Shown piece by piece: positions 26,914 through 41,415 of a stretch of 64,000 nucleotides of DNA. The notes under the pieces were generated by a model. The model was given only the letters and a program-made list of their open reading frames with translations, made no database searches and was not told the DNA's origin. Source of the stretch: Octopus vulgaris (taxonomy: Eukaryota); the NCBI GenBank assembly GCA_951406725.2, contig OX597824.1, positions 52,762,001 through 52,826,000 on the forward strand, written 5' to 3'. The translations under genes and the position numbers were made by a program. Position 1 is the stretch's first letter. Every line of letters starts with the position of its first letter.

Positions 26914-28464
26914 TACATACATATATACATGATATATATATATACACACATATATGCATACTTATGCATACACACATGCATATACGTACATAAGTATGTG
27001 TTATATTAATATACGTGTGCGTGGAGAAAAAGAAAATTATTGCTAATGTTCAAATTTCTATTTATCGTTTTTAGCTCTGCTATTTATTACTTTTCTGCCA
27101 TTCTTTTAATATATTTTTACATTTCTATGGCTATTTATTATAGATGTTTAGTTAGTTATTCAATGTTATATGCATTTCTTTATATGTTTGTGCACGACTG
27201 TGTATATAAGTTTGTGTGTGCGTGAGAATGTCTTTTTGTATGCAATATACATAATATATTAATGCACTTACACACACATGCATATCACACACACACACAT
27301 ACACACACATATATATATATAAATAAATATATATATATATAGATATATATGTATTTAAATATTTATGTGTATACAGATATGTATTTACATATTTATATGT
27401 GTGTGTATGTGTATACGCATACATACATGTATGTGGGTACGTAGGTATGTATGTATAATCGATTTAAGTATATATGTGCACATAGAGACACACGCACACA
27501 TACACATATATAAACATAACTACATACAAACATAAATAAATATATACTTGTATGAATATATACGTATATAGATATGACTAGGTATGTCTGCTCTGTTAGC
27601 TTTCGTTGTTGTAATATGTCTCAGTATGTTCTCTGCAGAAGTTATATTTGTTGTAGTTGTCTTATCCGTTTTCAATTCCCACCTACTCCTATTCAATCTG
27701 ATACTTTTGATATTTTGTTATTGTTGCTTCCATGTTGTTGTTTGTTTCCGTGCTGTTAATGCTGTTTTTCTTTAAAATCGTTGCTGTGGCGTTTTTTCTT
27801 TTCGATTTATTTTGAATGTTATTGTACTTATTATATCTTTGTACCACCCCACTCCGTATTTTGGCTATGGCGTGGTATTTGGTTGAGCAGATACACATTT
27901 TATTAATTTTCGCCTTGTTGTTGTTGTTGTTCCTACTGTTGTTATTATTTTCATAACAGTTTTTTTCTTTCGTGTATAATGATGTTGCTGCGTTTTTCTT
28001 TTTTCTTTTTCTTCTTCTTTTTAGTAATAACTATAGTTTTTGTTGTTACTGATGTAGTTGTTGATGTTAATGTTGTTGAATACTTTTCTTTTATTCGCTC
28101 TATTATGTTTTAACCTCCTTCCCATCCCTGCAACCATATCTAACTTCCCTTATGCAGAGAAAATATTAAATTTCATTGAAATAAATCTCCATCGGTAAAT
28201 GCTCTGAAACCAGGCGTGGCAATGCTGGATGTATAAAGCTTTCTTGTCAGTCTTTTCAGTTGCTGTCATTTCAGTTTGCTTTCATCCTATAATACTCAGC
28301 CCACATAAGTAATGCCGGCATTACACGCTCTTCTTGCTGTTGTTCGTGTTATTTTGATTGTTGTTTGATTTATTTTTGCGCACTTTATCGAACTATTCAA
28401 TAGAAAAACACATAGCATGCCATATATATCTATATATCTATATATATATATCTATATATCTATA

Positions 28465-28607
<143 letters not shown>

Positions 28608-28868
28608 GCATGTATGTATGTATGTATGTATGTATGTATGTATGTATGTATGTATGTATGTATGTATGAATAAGCATACACACAACATACTTAAAGATGT
28701 ATGAATATATGCGTGTGTCTGAGTGTTATATTTATGTCTGCGTATGTACCTGTGCATACATATATGTGTATGTATGTGTTTGTGTGCCTATGTGTACGAG
28801 TATAAAATATATATTATATAAGATATAGGAATATTCTAATCAACGTATGTATGTACAAAGATATATGC

Positions 28869-28900
<32 letters not shown>

Positions 28901-28993
28901 TTATATATATATATGACGTCAGCAATATATACATGCAAACACAGACATAATTATTAAAATACTTATGTATTTATGTATAAATATATATGTATG

Positions 28994-29062
<69 letters not shown>

Positions 29063-29265
29063 GCATGCGCATATACACATTCACACATACAAACACATAC
29101 ACTGACGTATATGTCTACATGTGTGCATGTTTGGACTATGAAAATGTGAATGTTTCAATATATGCTGTGTATGTGCGCATGTATGTATATATTTATATTT
29201 CCACAAATATACTCATATATGTACATATAGATACATGCACACACACGCAAACATATACACACATG

Positions 29266-29332
<67 letters not shown>

Positions 29333-29858
29333 ACATATATACATACATACATACATACATACATACATACATAAAAAAGCACACATATATGCTCTAAGCC
29401 TATACATATACCCGTTGATTCATACACACAATACATGCATATTTACATACAAACCCTATACATACATAATACATATACACAGAAAGATTCGTGTCTCAGT
29501 GGATTGCAGGGAAAAAGAGCGGGTGAGTAAAAGAAAAAATATTATTGCTGGAAATGGAATGTAACGAATGCATAATAGAACCGTAAATTAGCAATCGGGA
29601 AACCGTTTCCGATATAACTTCTAACGTCAGAACATATTTCAACTTACTACATCTGTCGGATGTCATGGCTCTGTATTCTTATGCAACTAACATTTATTAA
29701 TAAGCGGTTCACTTAGAATATTTGGTGAACAGTTGTCTGTAGTGAACTTCAATAGACCACCGTCATATCCAGGAATGATGTTTCTGACATGGCATTTTAT
29801 CTGTATACAAATAAATTTGACTGGGCGTACGCATGTATGTGCGCGTTTTCACTTCGTT

Positions 29859-29924
<66 letters not shown>

Positions 29925-31729
29925 AATATATATATATATATTTATAAAGAGAGAGAATATATGTATATATAAAGAGAGATAGAAAATATATATATATGCA
30001 CACGCTCGTGTGCGTGTGTGTGAAAGTATATATGTGAGTGTGTGTTTGTGTGCAGAAGATGGAACGACCTTTTGGTTCCGAGTTATAACTCCGATCTGGT
30101 TCAAATCTTGTTTAGGTCAAATATATTATTTTATTATTCCATAATATCGTTGCTCAATAAATTACGAGTCCATTTAGTTACTAGCTACATTAAAATGATA
30201 AATGGCAGTACTCTAACGCTCTCGTTATGTTATAAATAGTTAGAAAGAACTGCTGTTTGAAAGGTAGATTCGTTGCCATGTTTAATCTACAGCCATGTTT
30301 AACAGTGTTACCCAGCCCTTGACTATCTGTAACTGAGTCCATTACAAATGTTCAAGTTAAGTCTCCCTTCTGAGGATCACCTCTTCTTTTCCTGCCACCA
30401 AAGGAATTTTAGGAGTTGTTCTTATTCCTCTGACTAAACCATTAAAGAAGCTTGCTGAGTCTACAGTAGTTGCCAAATATTTTTCATCACCTATATTGTA
30501 TGTAAATATCAGCGATTGCTTCCGGATTATATCATGTGCCTTAAGAATAGAATAGTGTAAAGTAAGAGAGTTTTGTCGAACAGAATGTGTGGAAAGGAAA
30601 TTTAAATCACCTTCAATAATTTACTGCTTTTTATTCGATTCTGTATGGAAATGGAAGACACATTCTTGAAGACAATTGAAAGATCTCTGTGTAAAATGAA
30701 TAATTGACAACAGTGGCATAACAAAGAGTGAGATATAGGAAAGGGAATCTCATAAAATTGTTATAATTAACAAATGTTGCACGATGATACCATTAGGTGT
30801 GGTTATTAAAAGGTTCATTTATTGATTATATAGAATCCAGATTTAAAGAAACTATCTCGTGCAACCATTATTCAATGCTGCAAACATCTAGAAAGGATTA
30901 AGTAAAGAAAGTGGATTCACAATTAAAATTGTTACATATAAATGGCACTGTTTGAGTGCTGCCAGTAGTAGCTGACAGAATGTTAACAGATAGGTTTAAG
31001 TGGTTATGTTGGACTTATCAGATAGTAATACCTAGCAACATTGTAATTTCAAAGGAGTTTATTGTACTACAGAAAGATTTTCAGTTAGAACAGCTATAGA
31101 TATATTAGTTAGGAAAAAAAATAGACCCGTGCCTAAATAAATTAACAATGACTTTCTTAGCACAGTAAAGTATGAAACAAGCGCGATCACTTCTGATCGT
31201 AAGCTGAATGATTATTATCACATTGAATGCTTCAGAATATTTACTTTGTAGACTATAAGAGAAGAATTACATACCATGAAGACAGATTAAGGATCACATT
31301 GTCACGAAAATAATGTATGACTTCTTACACATGTGCTACTGTTTGAAATGACAATTTGACAGGTTTCTCTCCAAGAATAAATTGTTGATTACCCTTCACT
31401 GATAGTATATAGAGTATGTGTCCAAATCCCTTCTCTATCGCTGCCCGTGCAACTGTTGATCGGTACTTTAAGTGATAAGACACGCGCGCGCACATAGTTA
31501 ATGTTTCGTTTGTCTTTGTAAGAGCACGAAGAAGCTAAAAGGTATCTCTTCAAATATTTATTCTGTTTTAGCTGCAGCTTCACCTTGAATAAGTTTTGAC
31601 TGAAATCTTCCACTTCGTATCAAAAGAGACATGAGAAGTTGAGAAATACATGCCAAAATGATAATAGGTAAGGAGGTGTGGTTAAAATATTAGCTTTCAA
31701 TCCACTTGCTTCCAAGTTCGATCTTACGC

Positions 31730-32262
31730 ATCGAAATCCGTCGAAGGCCTTCTGTCGACCCACCTACTACTCCTTAAGTGATTCCAACAGCGCTGCTCTC
31801 TCATTATCCTCAGCATCTGCTGGAGTGACTTTGTTATTAACATCTAGGTCCTAGAGTTGGCGAAGGTCATCAGCACTGAAGCACATCTGTTGAAAACACA
31901 GCCACGCCGGGTAGAACAAGTCTCTAGGGTGGAGGATCATCAACATTCCAAGATCACGCTATATAGCGAACTCTCCTTTGGTCGCCGTGATAGAGAAACG
32001 CCAAAGAATAGGTACAAGGACTTCCTAAAGAAATCCTTTGCTGCCTTCCACATTGGTCAGCACCAGTGGTCTGTTCTTGCCACTGACCGTGAAGCCTGGC
32101 ATCTCACAGTCCTCCAGAAAATGGTTTCTTTTGAAGACACCTACAGGACTATTCTTGCAGACAAGAGAAGAAAGAAAAAACAAGGACACTACAAACTACC
32201 CTGATCAGCCTACTTTGCCATACAGCCTCAACGGAAGTATCTATTTGTCCCGAATCGGACTC
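31730..32262 (+). mobile_element. RTE (BovB-like) LINE 3' fragment
   Basis: FQQRC...WSDFV.N...LLKTQ...KITLYSELSFGRRDRETPKNRYKDFLKKS...W..LATDREAW...SRIGL. Confidence 0.8.
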
Positions 32263-32313
32263 GATAGATAGATAGATAGGTAGATAGATATAGATAGATA
32301 GATAGATAGATAT

Positions 32314-32353
<40 letters not shown>

Positions 32354-32606
32354 TGTTGTAATGTACAATAAATAAGATAACCAGACAACAGTAGAAACAA
32401 TGTAACAAACTAACAAATCTCCTTACGAACCAGCAATCAATATTCCTTGTGAACTAACCAACCGACACCTTCTGACTTCACTGCGAACTAACACGAACTT
32501 CACTCGACTCCGAACTCCGAACTTTGTACTCACTCGGATCGTTACTATTTATACTTAACTCGGACTAGTCTATTTCTTGCAAGGGGGTGTCGTAACTCTC
32601 ATCACA
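32354..32606 (-). repeat. 3' LTR of the adjacent Gypsy element
   Basis: TG...CA ends (tgttgt / atcaca); purine-rich aaagagaaac precedes it on the minus strand, like a PPT. Confidence 0.6.
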
Positions 32607-34915
32607 GTTTCTCTTTGTAGACTTCGATTTTGACTACTGTGAGAAAGTGGAATTTCTTTTTTTTTATTTTTATTTCCAGCACTTCCTCTTTTTTTTAGCT
32701 GTTGTATCTTAATTGTTACTCGACTTTTAAGGTAGTATTGGTCGTTGCATACAGCATTTTTTCTTTTCGTTGTTCTAAGCACTTTTGTTAGTACTCTTGT
32801 TTATTTTTTTTGTTTTTATTTTTTTTTGAAAATTTAATATCTCTTTCGTTTAGGTATTACTTCCAGATATTCAATCTATTTTCGTTTTCTGAAGCTAGTT
32901 CTACGGGGTTCAACATCTCTCGGTGCTAGCACTTCCAAAATATCATAGAAGACTTCCATTGGTATTACCCTTCGTTCTTTTGTATGTTTCATCTTTAACT
33001 GGTTAAGGTGTCTCATAAATTCCGAACATTGTCTTTTAATTACTTTCATCATGTTACCCAATCTGTTGATTAAACAGCCATCCTTCCAACCTTTTACCGC
33101 TTTTGTAATTTTTAAAATGAACTTTATCTCCCACTTCGAAATGTCTTAAAATATTTCTTGTATTTCCTTTAAATGTATTTTTTGTCTTTCCTTTATATGT
33201 ATTTTTTTCCTGGCAATAATTTATTGAAGATCAACTTTACTTTACGCAAGAACATTAACTCTGCTGATGACTTTCCTGAATTAGTATTTGAATTTGGCGT
33301 TATTCTATATACTCTCAAAAATTTTGTTAGTGCCTCGTCATTATCTAGCTCGTTCCTAGTTTTTCTTAGAGCTCTTTTGAATGTCGACAAATCTTACCAC
33401 CTGCCTATTTGATCTCGAGTAGTAGGGTGGGGTAAAGATGTGCTATATGGCATGTATTTTGCAGAATTTTCTTAATTCATATCCCGTGAATTGTATCCCA
33501 TTATATGAAACTAACGTGTCTGAAACACCGTATCAAACAAATAACTCGAGTAGGAACTTTGTTGTTGTCCTTGCTGAGGACTTATTACATCTGTATACCT
33601 CTAGCCACTTTGTATAGCTATCCACAACGATTAGATAGTATGCGCCGCTCACTGGTCCAGCGTAGTCGATAGGTATCCTAGACTATGGGCTCTCAGTCTA
33701 TGGCCACGATTGGTATTTTACAGGTGGTACTTTGGTTGCCAACGCACAACCTCTACATGCTTTCACCAATTTCTCGATGTCCCTGTCCATAGTCGGCCAA
33801 TATACAAAGTTCCCCATAAAAGCTTTTATTCTGGACATTCCCGGGTACCCACAGTAGAATTGTTGCAATACTCGTTTCTATAGTGCACTTGGTACTACTC
33901 TCTGCGCGTACATTAAGATACTGTCACATAGTGAGAAATCATTTGAATTTGTATTTTTATTATGCTTATCTTTCAATGTTTCTTTCATTCTTGTAATGTA
34001 ACTATCCTCTACAGATATCATTTTTATATCATACGCTGTCACCGGCGGTTCCTGGATTATATTACACACAATACTTCTTACTTCCTTGACGCTATCACGG
34101 TCTCTTCTAGCGGTTGCACGCTCTTGGGAATTAGCCTCGATAAGCAGTCTGCATGACCAATTTTCTTCGACGGAATAGACTGTATCTTATAATTGTAGTT
34201 CAGTAATATTGTACCCAAGCATTGTAGTCGGTTCTCTGTAAGGGTCGGCAATCCCTTCTTTGATTCAAAATTTGATAGTAACGGTCGATGATCGGTATGT
34301 AGCAAATATCTTCTACCATGTAGAAATTTGTGAAAACTTTTACCACAAAAATAATCGATATAGCCTCCCTCTCTGTCTGACTACTTTTTCCCGCTGCTAT
34401 CATCGAACGTGAAGCATGAACTACTGGCTTCATATTTCCATCATTATTCTTGTGCAGCAAGACTGCTCCCATCACATACTCCGAAGCATCAGACGATACA
34501 ACAACATCCATTCTAGGATCGAAATGCGTTAGTGACAAGTCAGAAATTAGTATTTTCTTGGTGTCTTCAAATGCGTTTTAGCACTTTACTGACTAATTCC
34601 ATTTTACTTAATCTCTTAGTAAATCGTTTAATGGTGCTCTCAATTTATGTATATTTGGAATGTAATGTTGATAGTAATTTACCAGGTCAAGGGAAGCTTG
34701 TAATGTCGGTATATTCGTTGGAGAAGGTATATTCTTGATTGCGTGTGCTCTCGACGGGTCAGAACGTGTTCCATTCTTATGTATGATCTGACCTAGGTAT
34801 TTGATTTTAGGCAAAAAAAAAATTCGCACTTGTCATTATTGAGTGTGAAACCATAATCCTTAATTCTTTTTAAAGACACACTTCACGCGTTCGATATGCT
34901 TATTCCGCGATTCGC
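32607..34915 (-). mobile_element. Decayed Ty3/Gypsy pol (RT end, RNase H, integrase), Mag-like
   Basis: YLGQII...LVNYY...RAPLNDLL; LTHFDP...SDASEY.MGAVL; TDHRPLL; HADCLSRL; YWPTMDRDIE..VKACRGC; IDYAGP...YLIVVDSYTKW. Confidence 0.9.
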
Positions 34916-35379
34916 AGGCGTTGCTGTCGGAACGTAAAAGGACCGAACAGAACAGTTACTGCAAGGAAACCTGTCTGACTCTGACAGTTCCGTCAAAGTA
35001 ACGCTCTGGATTTCATGTTTGGTTGCTCACTAAAATTGCACTTCAAGCAGAATCAGAACAGTTACCATGTGGTATTTTATCCAACACTCTTAATATTCTG
35101 CCAATCCGCCTTACATACATACGTGCGTGCGTACGTGCGTGCGCGCGCGCGTGTATGTGTTTATATATATGATTGTATATGTGTACATATGTGTTATGAT
35201 CAGACTGCAAAGTGACTGGTGTTGGTCTGCGCCGTCAAGACATGTATTATTTAGTAAAATCGATAAAAAGAGTCCAGTAAAATGGCAAATTAAGCTATCC
35301 ACTTGGTAATAATCTAATTCATAACTGCTTTGTATAGAGCCAAACATTGTATAAAGAGGAAGGAAAACGGATACGTCTT

Positions 35380-36420
35380 CTCTAAGAAATGTCAAACAAA
35401 GCGTGAGACGGCCTGTCAGGCGACACCCGCTCTTTCTTTCTGCATAGACGGGACGAGTTTTCGTACACTAAAGAAATAAATAAAGAAAGAAAAGTGAGTG
35501 GGAGGGGAATCCACCAGAAGAAGTTGCACCGATACAATCTAACAAAATTCTGATCCAAGTGACTTGACACGGGGGTCCTGAAGACAGGTAATTTTGCGAA
35601 AAGATTCACCGGCCCAACGTGAATGTTTTTTTGATGTCATGTGGAACAACAACATTGTTCTCATCAAATATTACGTAGATGAAGGACCATTGCTAACAGA
35701 ACGGTCATAGTAGAGAAGTGAAAATAGTGGAGCTAAACGGATCAAATGTAGTTTACGAGGTAAAAAAAAAAATAGCGAGATGTTGCTACATGGTTGCATC
35801 ATTTGCATTTCAAATGATGGTTCTGGGGTGAATTGCAGGGTAAAAGCGCCTATTTTCTTTGTAGGGGTAATATTTTTCCAAGCGTTGTAGGCTTTATTCT
35901 TTGCCTGAATTGCTACAGGGATGCTATGAGTCAACCAACAATTGGACTTGGGATATTTGTTGTGATGGTTTGTTGGAGTTGAGGAAGAGACTTTAGGTGC
36001 TTGAAGCATTTGTATCTACCAAGGATACAGAGACAGAATAAGATTAATTTATGTAACAGGTATCAGATTGAAAAACATTCAATTTTGGCAGTATTAATAT
36101 GAAAGTATTGTGCGAGCTAAGAAAAGTTGGAAGTGTTGAAGTCACAAAAGACAATGCTTTCAGAGAAAGGTGAAACGAGATGTTTGTGCTTAACACAAGA
36201 AGAAATATTTTGAGCGAGGTGATCTAGATGTTTTAAATACGAAAAAGAGGCGAATGACACAGAGAGAGAGAGAAACAGACAGACAGACAGAGACAGACAG
36301 ACAGACAGAGATAGATAGACAGACAGATATGAAAATAGAACATATTTTGGGCGGTGAAGATGTACTATACAAAGAAGGTGAGACTTGTGGCTCACACAGG
36401 AACAGGATGTTTTATTTACG
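35380..36420 (-). mobile_element. Highly decayed CR1/Jockey-like LINE pieces
   Basis: SIVFCDFN (APE) and PKSNCWLTHS...AIQAKNKAYNAWK; weak. Confidence 0.4.
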
Positions 36421-38959
36421 TTGTTAGTTAGCTCCAAGTCAATTTTGATTGCTTAGACCAAAGCATTCTAACTGGAACCATCATGTTGCTATGCGGAGGA
36501 AACTAAGGATGAGTAATTCAACTATCTTTTTCTAAAAGGGAGATTTAGCTCACGTTTCTAGTAGATAAAACAACCACATATAGGCATCCAGTAAGTGGTG
36601 ATGTTTTGGGTATAGGTTAGATCATAAAAAAGGGATAAACTGTCAGCAGGCTAATGCTATTTGGGGTTAACTATAATACATAAGAATCGATGGTAGAAAA
36701 AGAGATTCTGGCAGGTTTGGAGCTCAGAACGCCTAAGTACGAAAGTAAATTCAAGGATTATGTAGGGTTTCTTTTCTTCTAGAATTTCAACATCACCTTA
36801 TCCTTTCTAATACCACATCTGGTCCCATATTATTTAAGTAGTGTCCACTTTTTTGCAATCACTCGGATTAGACAACCGATTCCAGTAAAAGTAATTCTTA
36901 AAGGAGTTCTAAGATTGGTACCTCCGGGCATTAACACGCGGTCATTGGTGCCACCTACAACGATGTCCTATATTGGAAGCGTTTTCCATCAAAATATTGT
37001 AACTTGGTATTTTGGGATCTTAAACCAAAGAAAATACTTTGGATATGTACTTTTTCAGTTGGTACATTATAGCAATCCGTAGGCTCTCACTTTTGTTCAT
37101 GGTTTATTCTTATTTCCAACAACCACACGAATATCTGGAAACTATATATGATCACTGACATCGCATCCAACTTCGTTCCTGACGAAGACGAAAATATGGT
37201 CAACAACTATTTATGTTTGTCTTTGTTTCTATTCTTGTTCGTTGCAACACAATATTTCTTCATTATATATCAATCAAAGAAGACCCGCTTGACATAGCTG
37301 TGAAATCCCTCTCAAATTACACTCAGCCGTTTTGAAAATAGGCCACACGGAATAATGTGATCTCGAGTAGACTAACTGAGAAAAGACTGGGTGATTGTTA
37401 ATGAGATGCTCTTGATCTTAGGCTTCCTCTATCAGGGCTCTCCTGGGGTCAGACAGCAACAACCTAAACAAAAACAAAACGTTTGTGTAACAAACCTGTC
37501 TTTCTATTGGGAATTAGTGTCACGAGTGAAATGAAATGGCTATAATGGAGAATAAATTTGACACACTGGTAGCTTGCTTACCCCTTCCCAACTACAGCGG
37601 CTGCTATTCAGCATTATGTAAATAACGGTAAATAAATATAATGAAGTTCAGTTAGATTACACAATAGCTAAATTAATGCACAAACCTGAAATAAACAACA
37701 AACTAAATAATAAATATAACAAAATATAATTGAACAGATAGAAAGATGAGGAAAATGGAGAGGTAGGAGGTATTTACAATTGTTCATGAAAGAAATATGA
37801 AGTCTTTGAATTCTTCAAAATCATTACATTTCATGGAATGCAAATACTACCCTTCGTTGGCCTGCCTGTTCTATTCTTCCTCTGCTAGTAACCACCACCA
37901 CCACCACCACCATCATCATCACCACCATCACCACCAACCTATACACCTAGCTATTCTAAGTACATTCGAAACAGACATGTTGGAAAAATTAATGAAAATA
38001 ACTTTGGTTTTGAAATGAAATACAATAATCAACTCAAAAATACATCAAATAAAAACGAATATCATATAATCTGAAATAATAAAGCTTTTGACTTTAAATT
38101 TTACTTAAACTAAATGAAGCAAAAATCTATGATTATTTGGCATAAATCACATTTGTTGGATTCTTCTAGTCTAAATTAGCCAACCACGCTGTTGGCTTTC
38201 ATTTGTTAAAGCAATGAAACTTAACTTTCTTTCTCTCTTTCTCTTTTTTTTCTCTCTCTCTCTCTTTCTCTTTCCCTCTCTTTCTCCACTCCCTCTCTTG
38301 ACACACACTTTCTTCTATACACTATGTATCTCTTTTCACCCCTCTCTCTCTCTCTTTCTTTCTTTTTATTCCTCCCGTCTTTATTTTTACTCCTTCACTT
38401 TCCATTCCTCCCTTACTGTGAGCATTTCTTAGTTTCAGAGTTTAAGAAGTGGAAAAGAATAAAAGAATTTAGTGATGCATGACAGTCAAGTGGGAAGCAA
38501 AAAAAAACTTTGAAAAAGAGCAACTAAAAAATATACTTTTAAATAAAGCTGTTGCAAGCAATGATGCATGGAGGAAGAATAAATCTTGAGCTATGCTTTT
38601 GATATATGCAGAGGAAGGGGCGGAGAGGTTGAGATTTGTAGTTTTCCGTTTGAAGTATTTATTACCCAATGAATAAGTGATATCTACAATTTCTGTTATT
38701 TCGGATTGATTAGATTCTATAAAATCAAAGGATTAAAAAAGATTATGAATATTGTTTTTTAATTATATCAAAATTTTGGAGGGATTAAGATACAGAAAGA
38801 AAGGTACTCGATTTGAAAACTTCGATTCTGCATGAAATGATCCCTAAAGCAGTGATAGCACTCCACCCCCAAATTTACATGACGTATTTTAATGTATATC
38901 ACTTAGCCTCCAATCTAGTATGATGTTTCACAGCAAACACAAATTTCTTCGTTTGAAAT

Positions 38960-39140
38960 AACTGTTACAAATTTTGGTACAAGGCCAACAATTTTAGGGG
39001 CGGGTGGTAATCGATTATCAATCTCAGAACTTGGTTGGTACTTTGATTTATCGATCCCGAAAGCATGAAAGGCAAAGTTGACATCGGAGGGATTTGAAGT
39101 CTTATCCCACGCTCAAATAATTCTGTCAGTTTGCCGTCTT
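38960..39140 (-). mobile_element. SINE family C, diverged
   Basis: Reverse-complement similarity to 7890-8105. Confidence 0.6.
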
Positions 39141-39913
39141 ATTACTTTTAAAATAAAATTTATCTCGTTAAAGGCTGTTACCGCTTACAATAATTAGTTC
39201 AACGTAACTGATGGATTATTTCATCAAAATTTATATGTTTATAGATATGATAATTTCCTTTTGAACAAATAAGATCTATCTTAAGTTAAGATTATTTCTT
39301 CCTGAATCTATTTGATGTTCCTTAAGCCTGAAACAACTTTTGTATAAACTAATCTACATTTGTAACAATCAATAAAAAGCTACTGTGAATCAGTGACTGG
39401 GTTGAAGTACTACCAAATACTTTGAAGTAATCGTCATTTAAGACTTTGAAGTAATTGTCTCTGCGGACAGTGAAGGTGCATTTTACATGAAGACCAAAAC
39501 CTGACCTGAACAGAAGAAGAATTATTAAAGTATATACTTGATCTAAGTGGGCACCTACGGAACAGTCATGCATTTTTGCATTTTTAGGAATATCTATTTG
39601 CATGTTTAAGGAATATTTTTCTATTATCGCTTGAAGAAGGAAACAAATCCGAATGCATTCGCATAAACTAATATGAATCTCTATAATAAATCAACAAAGC
39701 CAAAAATGCTGCTGTTGTTGTAGTAGCACTTCTAAGAACATCTTCCTCGACCTTAACTCTAAAAATGAAGAAGAGAATATGATTTACACGAAAGGATTTC
39801 TTCTTTCGTAAATAATGGCAATGTAGATTTTCTGCTAACATGCACAACGATTTCAACTAAATTTACATATACATACATACATACATACATACATACATAC
39901 ATACATACATACA

Positions 39914-39948
<35 letters not shown>

Positions 39949-40047
39949 GTGTGTGTGTGTGTGTTATAATAAAGGGTAATAATCATTAATGATTTTACCG
40001 GGAGGGGGGAGGGTCAGCGCGGAAATATAGGTAAATTTTACATATAG

Positions 40048-40181
40048 TTTAATAATTATATGCATAATTATAACAAGGGATTGGCTATAAGCCTCTCTAC
40101 GCGCTTTTGGCGTCTATTTTTCCAGCGCATGGAGAGGCTTATAGCCAATCCCTTGTTATAATTATGTATATAATTATTAAA
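40048..40181. repeat. Hairpin with 58-bp arms and an 18-nt loop
   Basis: 40048-40105 pairs with 40124-40181 with one C-A mismatch and two G-T pairs. Confidence 0.9.
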
Positions 40182-40374
40182 ATATTTATATGCGTGTATA
40201 TATATATATATATATATATATATGCGTGCGCGCGTGCGTGTGTGTGTATAAAAGACATTAAAACTAACCTACAGTTTGTTTATTTCCCCTCACTCCTTAG
40301 CTTTGCTACTACTGTATATGCATGTGTGTATATACATATATGTATTTAATATATATAATAAATATAATATACAT

Positions 40375-40405
<31 letters not shown>

Positions 40406-41194
40406 CTTTATTCACTTTTCAGGTTCAGTAATACACATAATTTTTTAATCGGGCAGCTAAACATACTTCTCTTAAGAATGTAGTTGCGTCTCTAGTCAAA
40501 AGATATCCTTATCATATGAAGCAGTGGAATTGGTAGGACGAATAAACGAAAGAACATATATGCAATATTTTTGACTTGCTCGAAATAGAAGTCAAATCTT
40601 TTATAAATCATACCCTAGTCTTAAAAGAAAGACGGTCGCACTGGCTAATGTAATCCTAAAAATTTTCAAAAGCACGGATCGATCGTATTTAGAATACCTT
40701 TCATCATATGTCTGATCAAGGGTGATCTCTTTGATCAGGGTTAATCTCTTTGATCAGCGTTGATCTCTTTGATCGGGCTTGATCTGCAGCTAAACCCAAA
40801 CAGCAAAAGAAATTTGATCTTGCTTCCTTGTTTCCGGTTCAATTCACACAGGCATGCGTATATAGCAGGCAAATAACGCGCACGTAAATAGCAGTCACTA
40901 ACAAATGTATTCGTGCGAGCCCACACCAAGATGCCATTCCATTCAAGAAATTTTTCTTTCTAACGAACCTGGTGTCGCTAAATCACCGATCTTACATCTT
41001 ACAACACCATGTGACCCGCTTTGACCAACAGCTGATCATTTACCAGAAGCCATCTTGAATTCCCAGTAGTCATCGGATGTTTTGCGTTTCTCCATTCACT
41101 AACTTGTTCCCGAACGCGGCAGGTGTCTGTTAGAAGCCCACGAAACTTTAAGTTGCATGGAGCCAAATCAAACTGTTTAAAAAAAAATAATAAT

Positions 41195-41415
41195 GTGTGT
41201 GTGTGTGTGTGTTTGTCCTCGACCACCACATGACAACCGGTGTTAGTGTATTTACGTCTCTGCAACATAGCGGTTCAGCAAAACAGAACGATAGAATAAG
41301 TACCAAGCTTTCAAGACAATGGGTACAGAGGTCGATTTATACAGCTGAAAAGTCTTCAAGACGGTGCCCCAGCATGATCACAGTCGAATGACTAAAACAA
41401 GTAAAAGATAAAGAT
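41195..41415 (+). mobile_element. SINE family B, 3' half
   Basis: Matches 6770-6965. Confidence 0.75.

Noticed and set aside
28309-28324. 16-bp palindrome GTAATGCCGGCATTAC
   Set aside because: Isolated, with no context suggesting function
30400-30600. Possible RTE RT relic on the minus strand (ILKAHDI...)
   Set aside because: Too degenerate to call
37797-38018. Poly-His ORF
   Set aside because: A (CAC/CAT)n microsatellite with no flanking homology
40999-41175. Minus-strand exon-like ORF (FDLAPCNLKF...)
   Set aside because: DLAPC resembles the mariner YSPDLAPxD motif, so it is more likely a transposon scrap; unresolved
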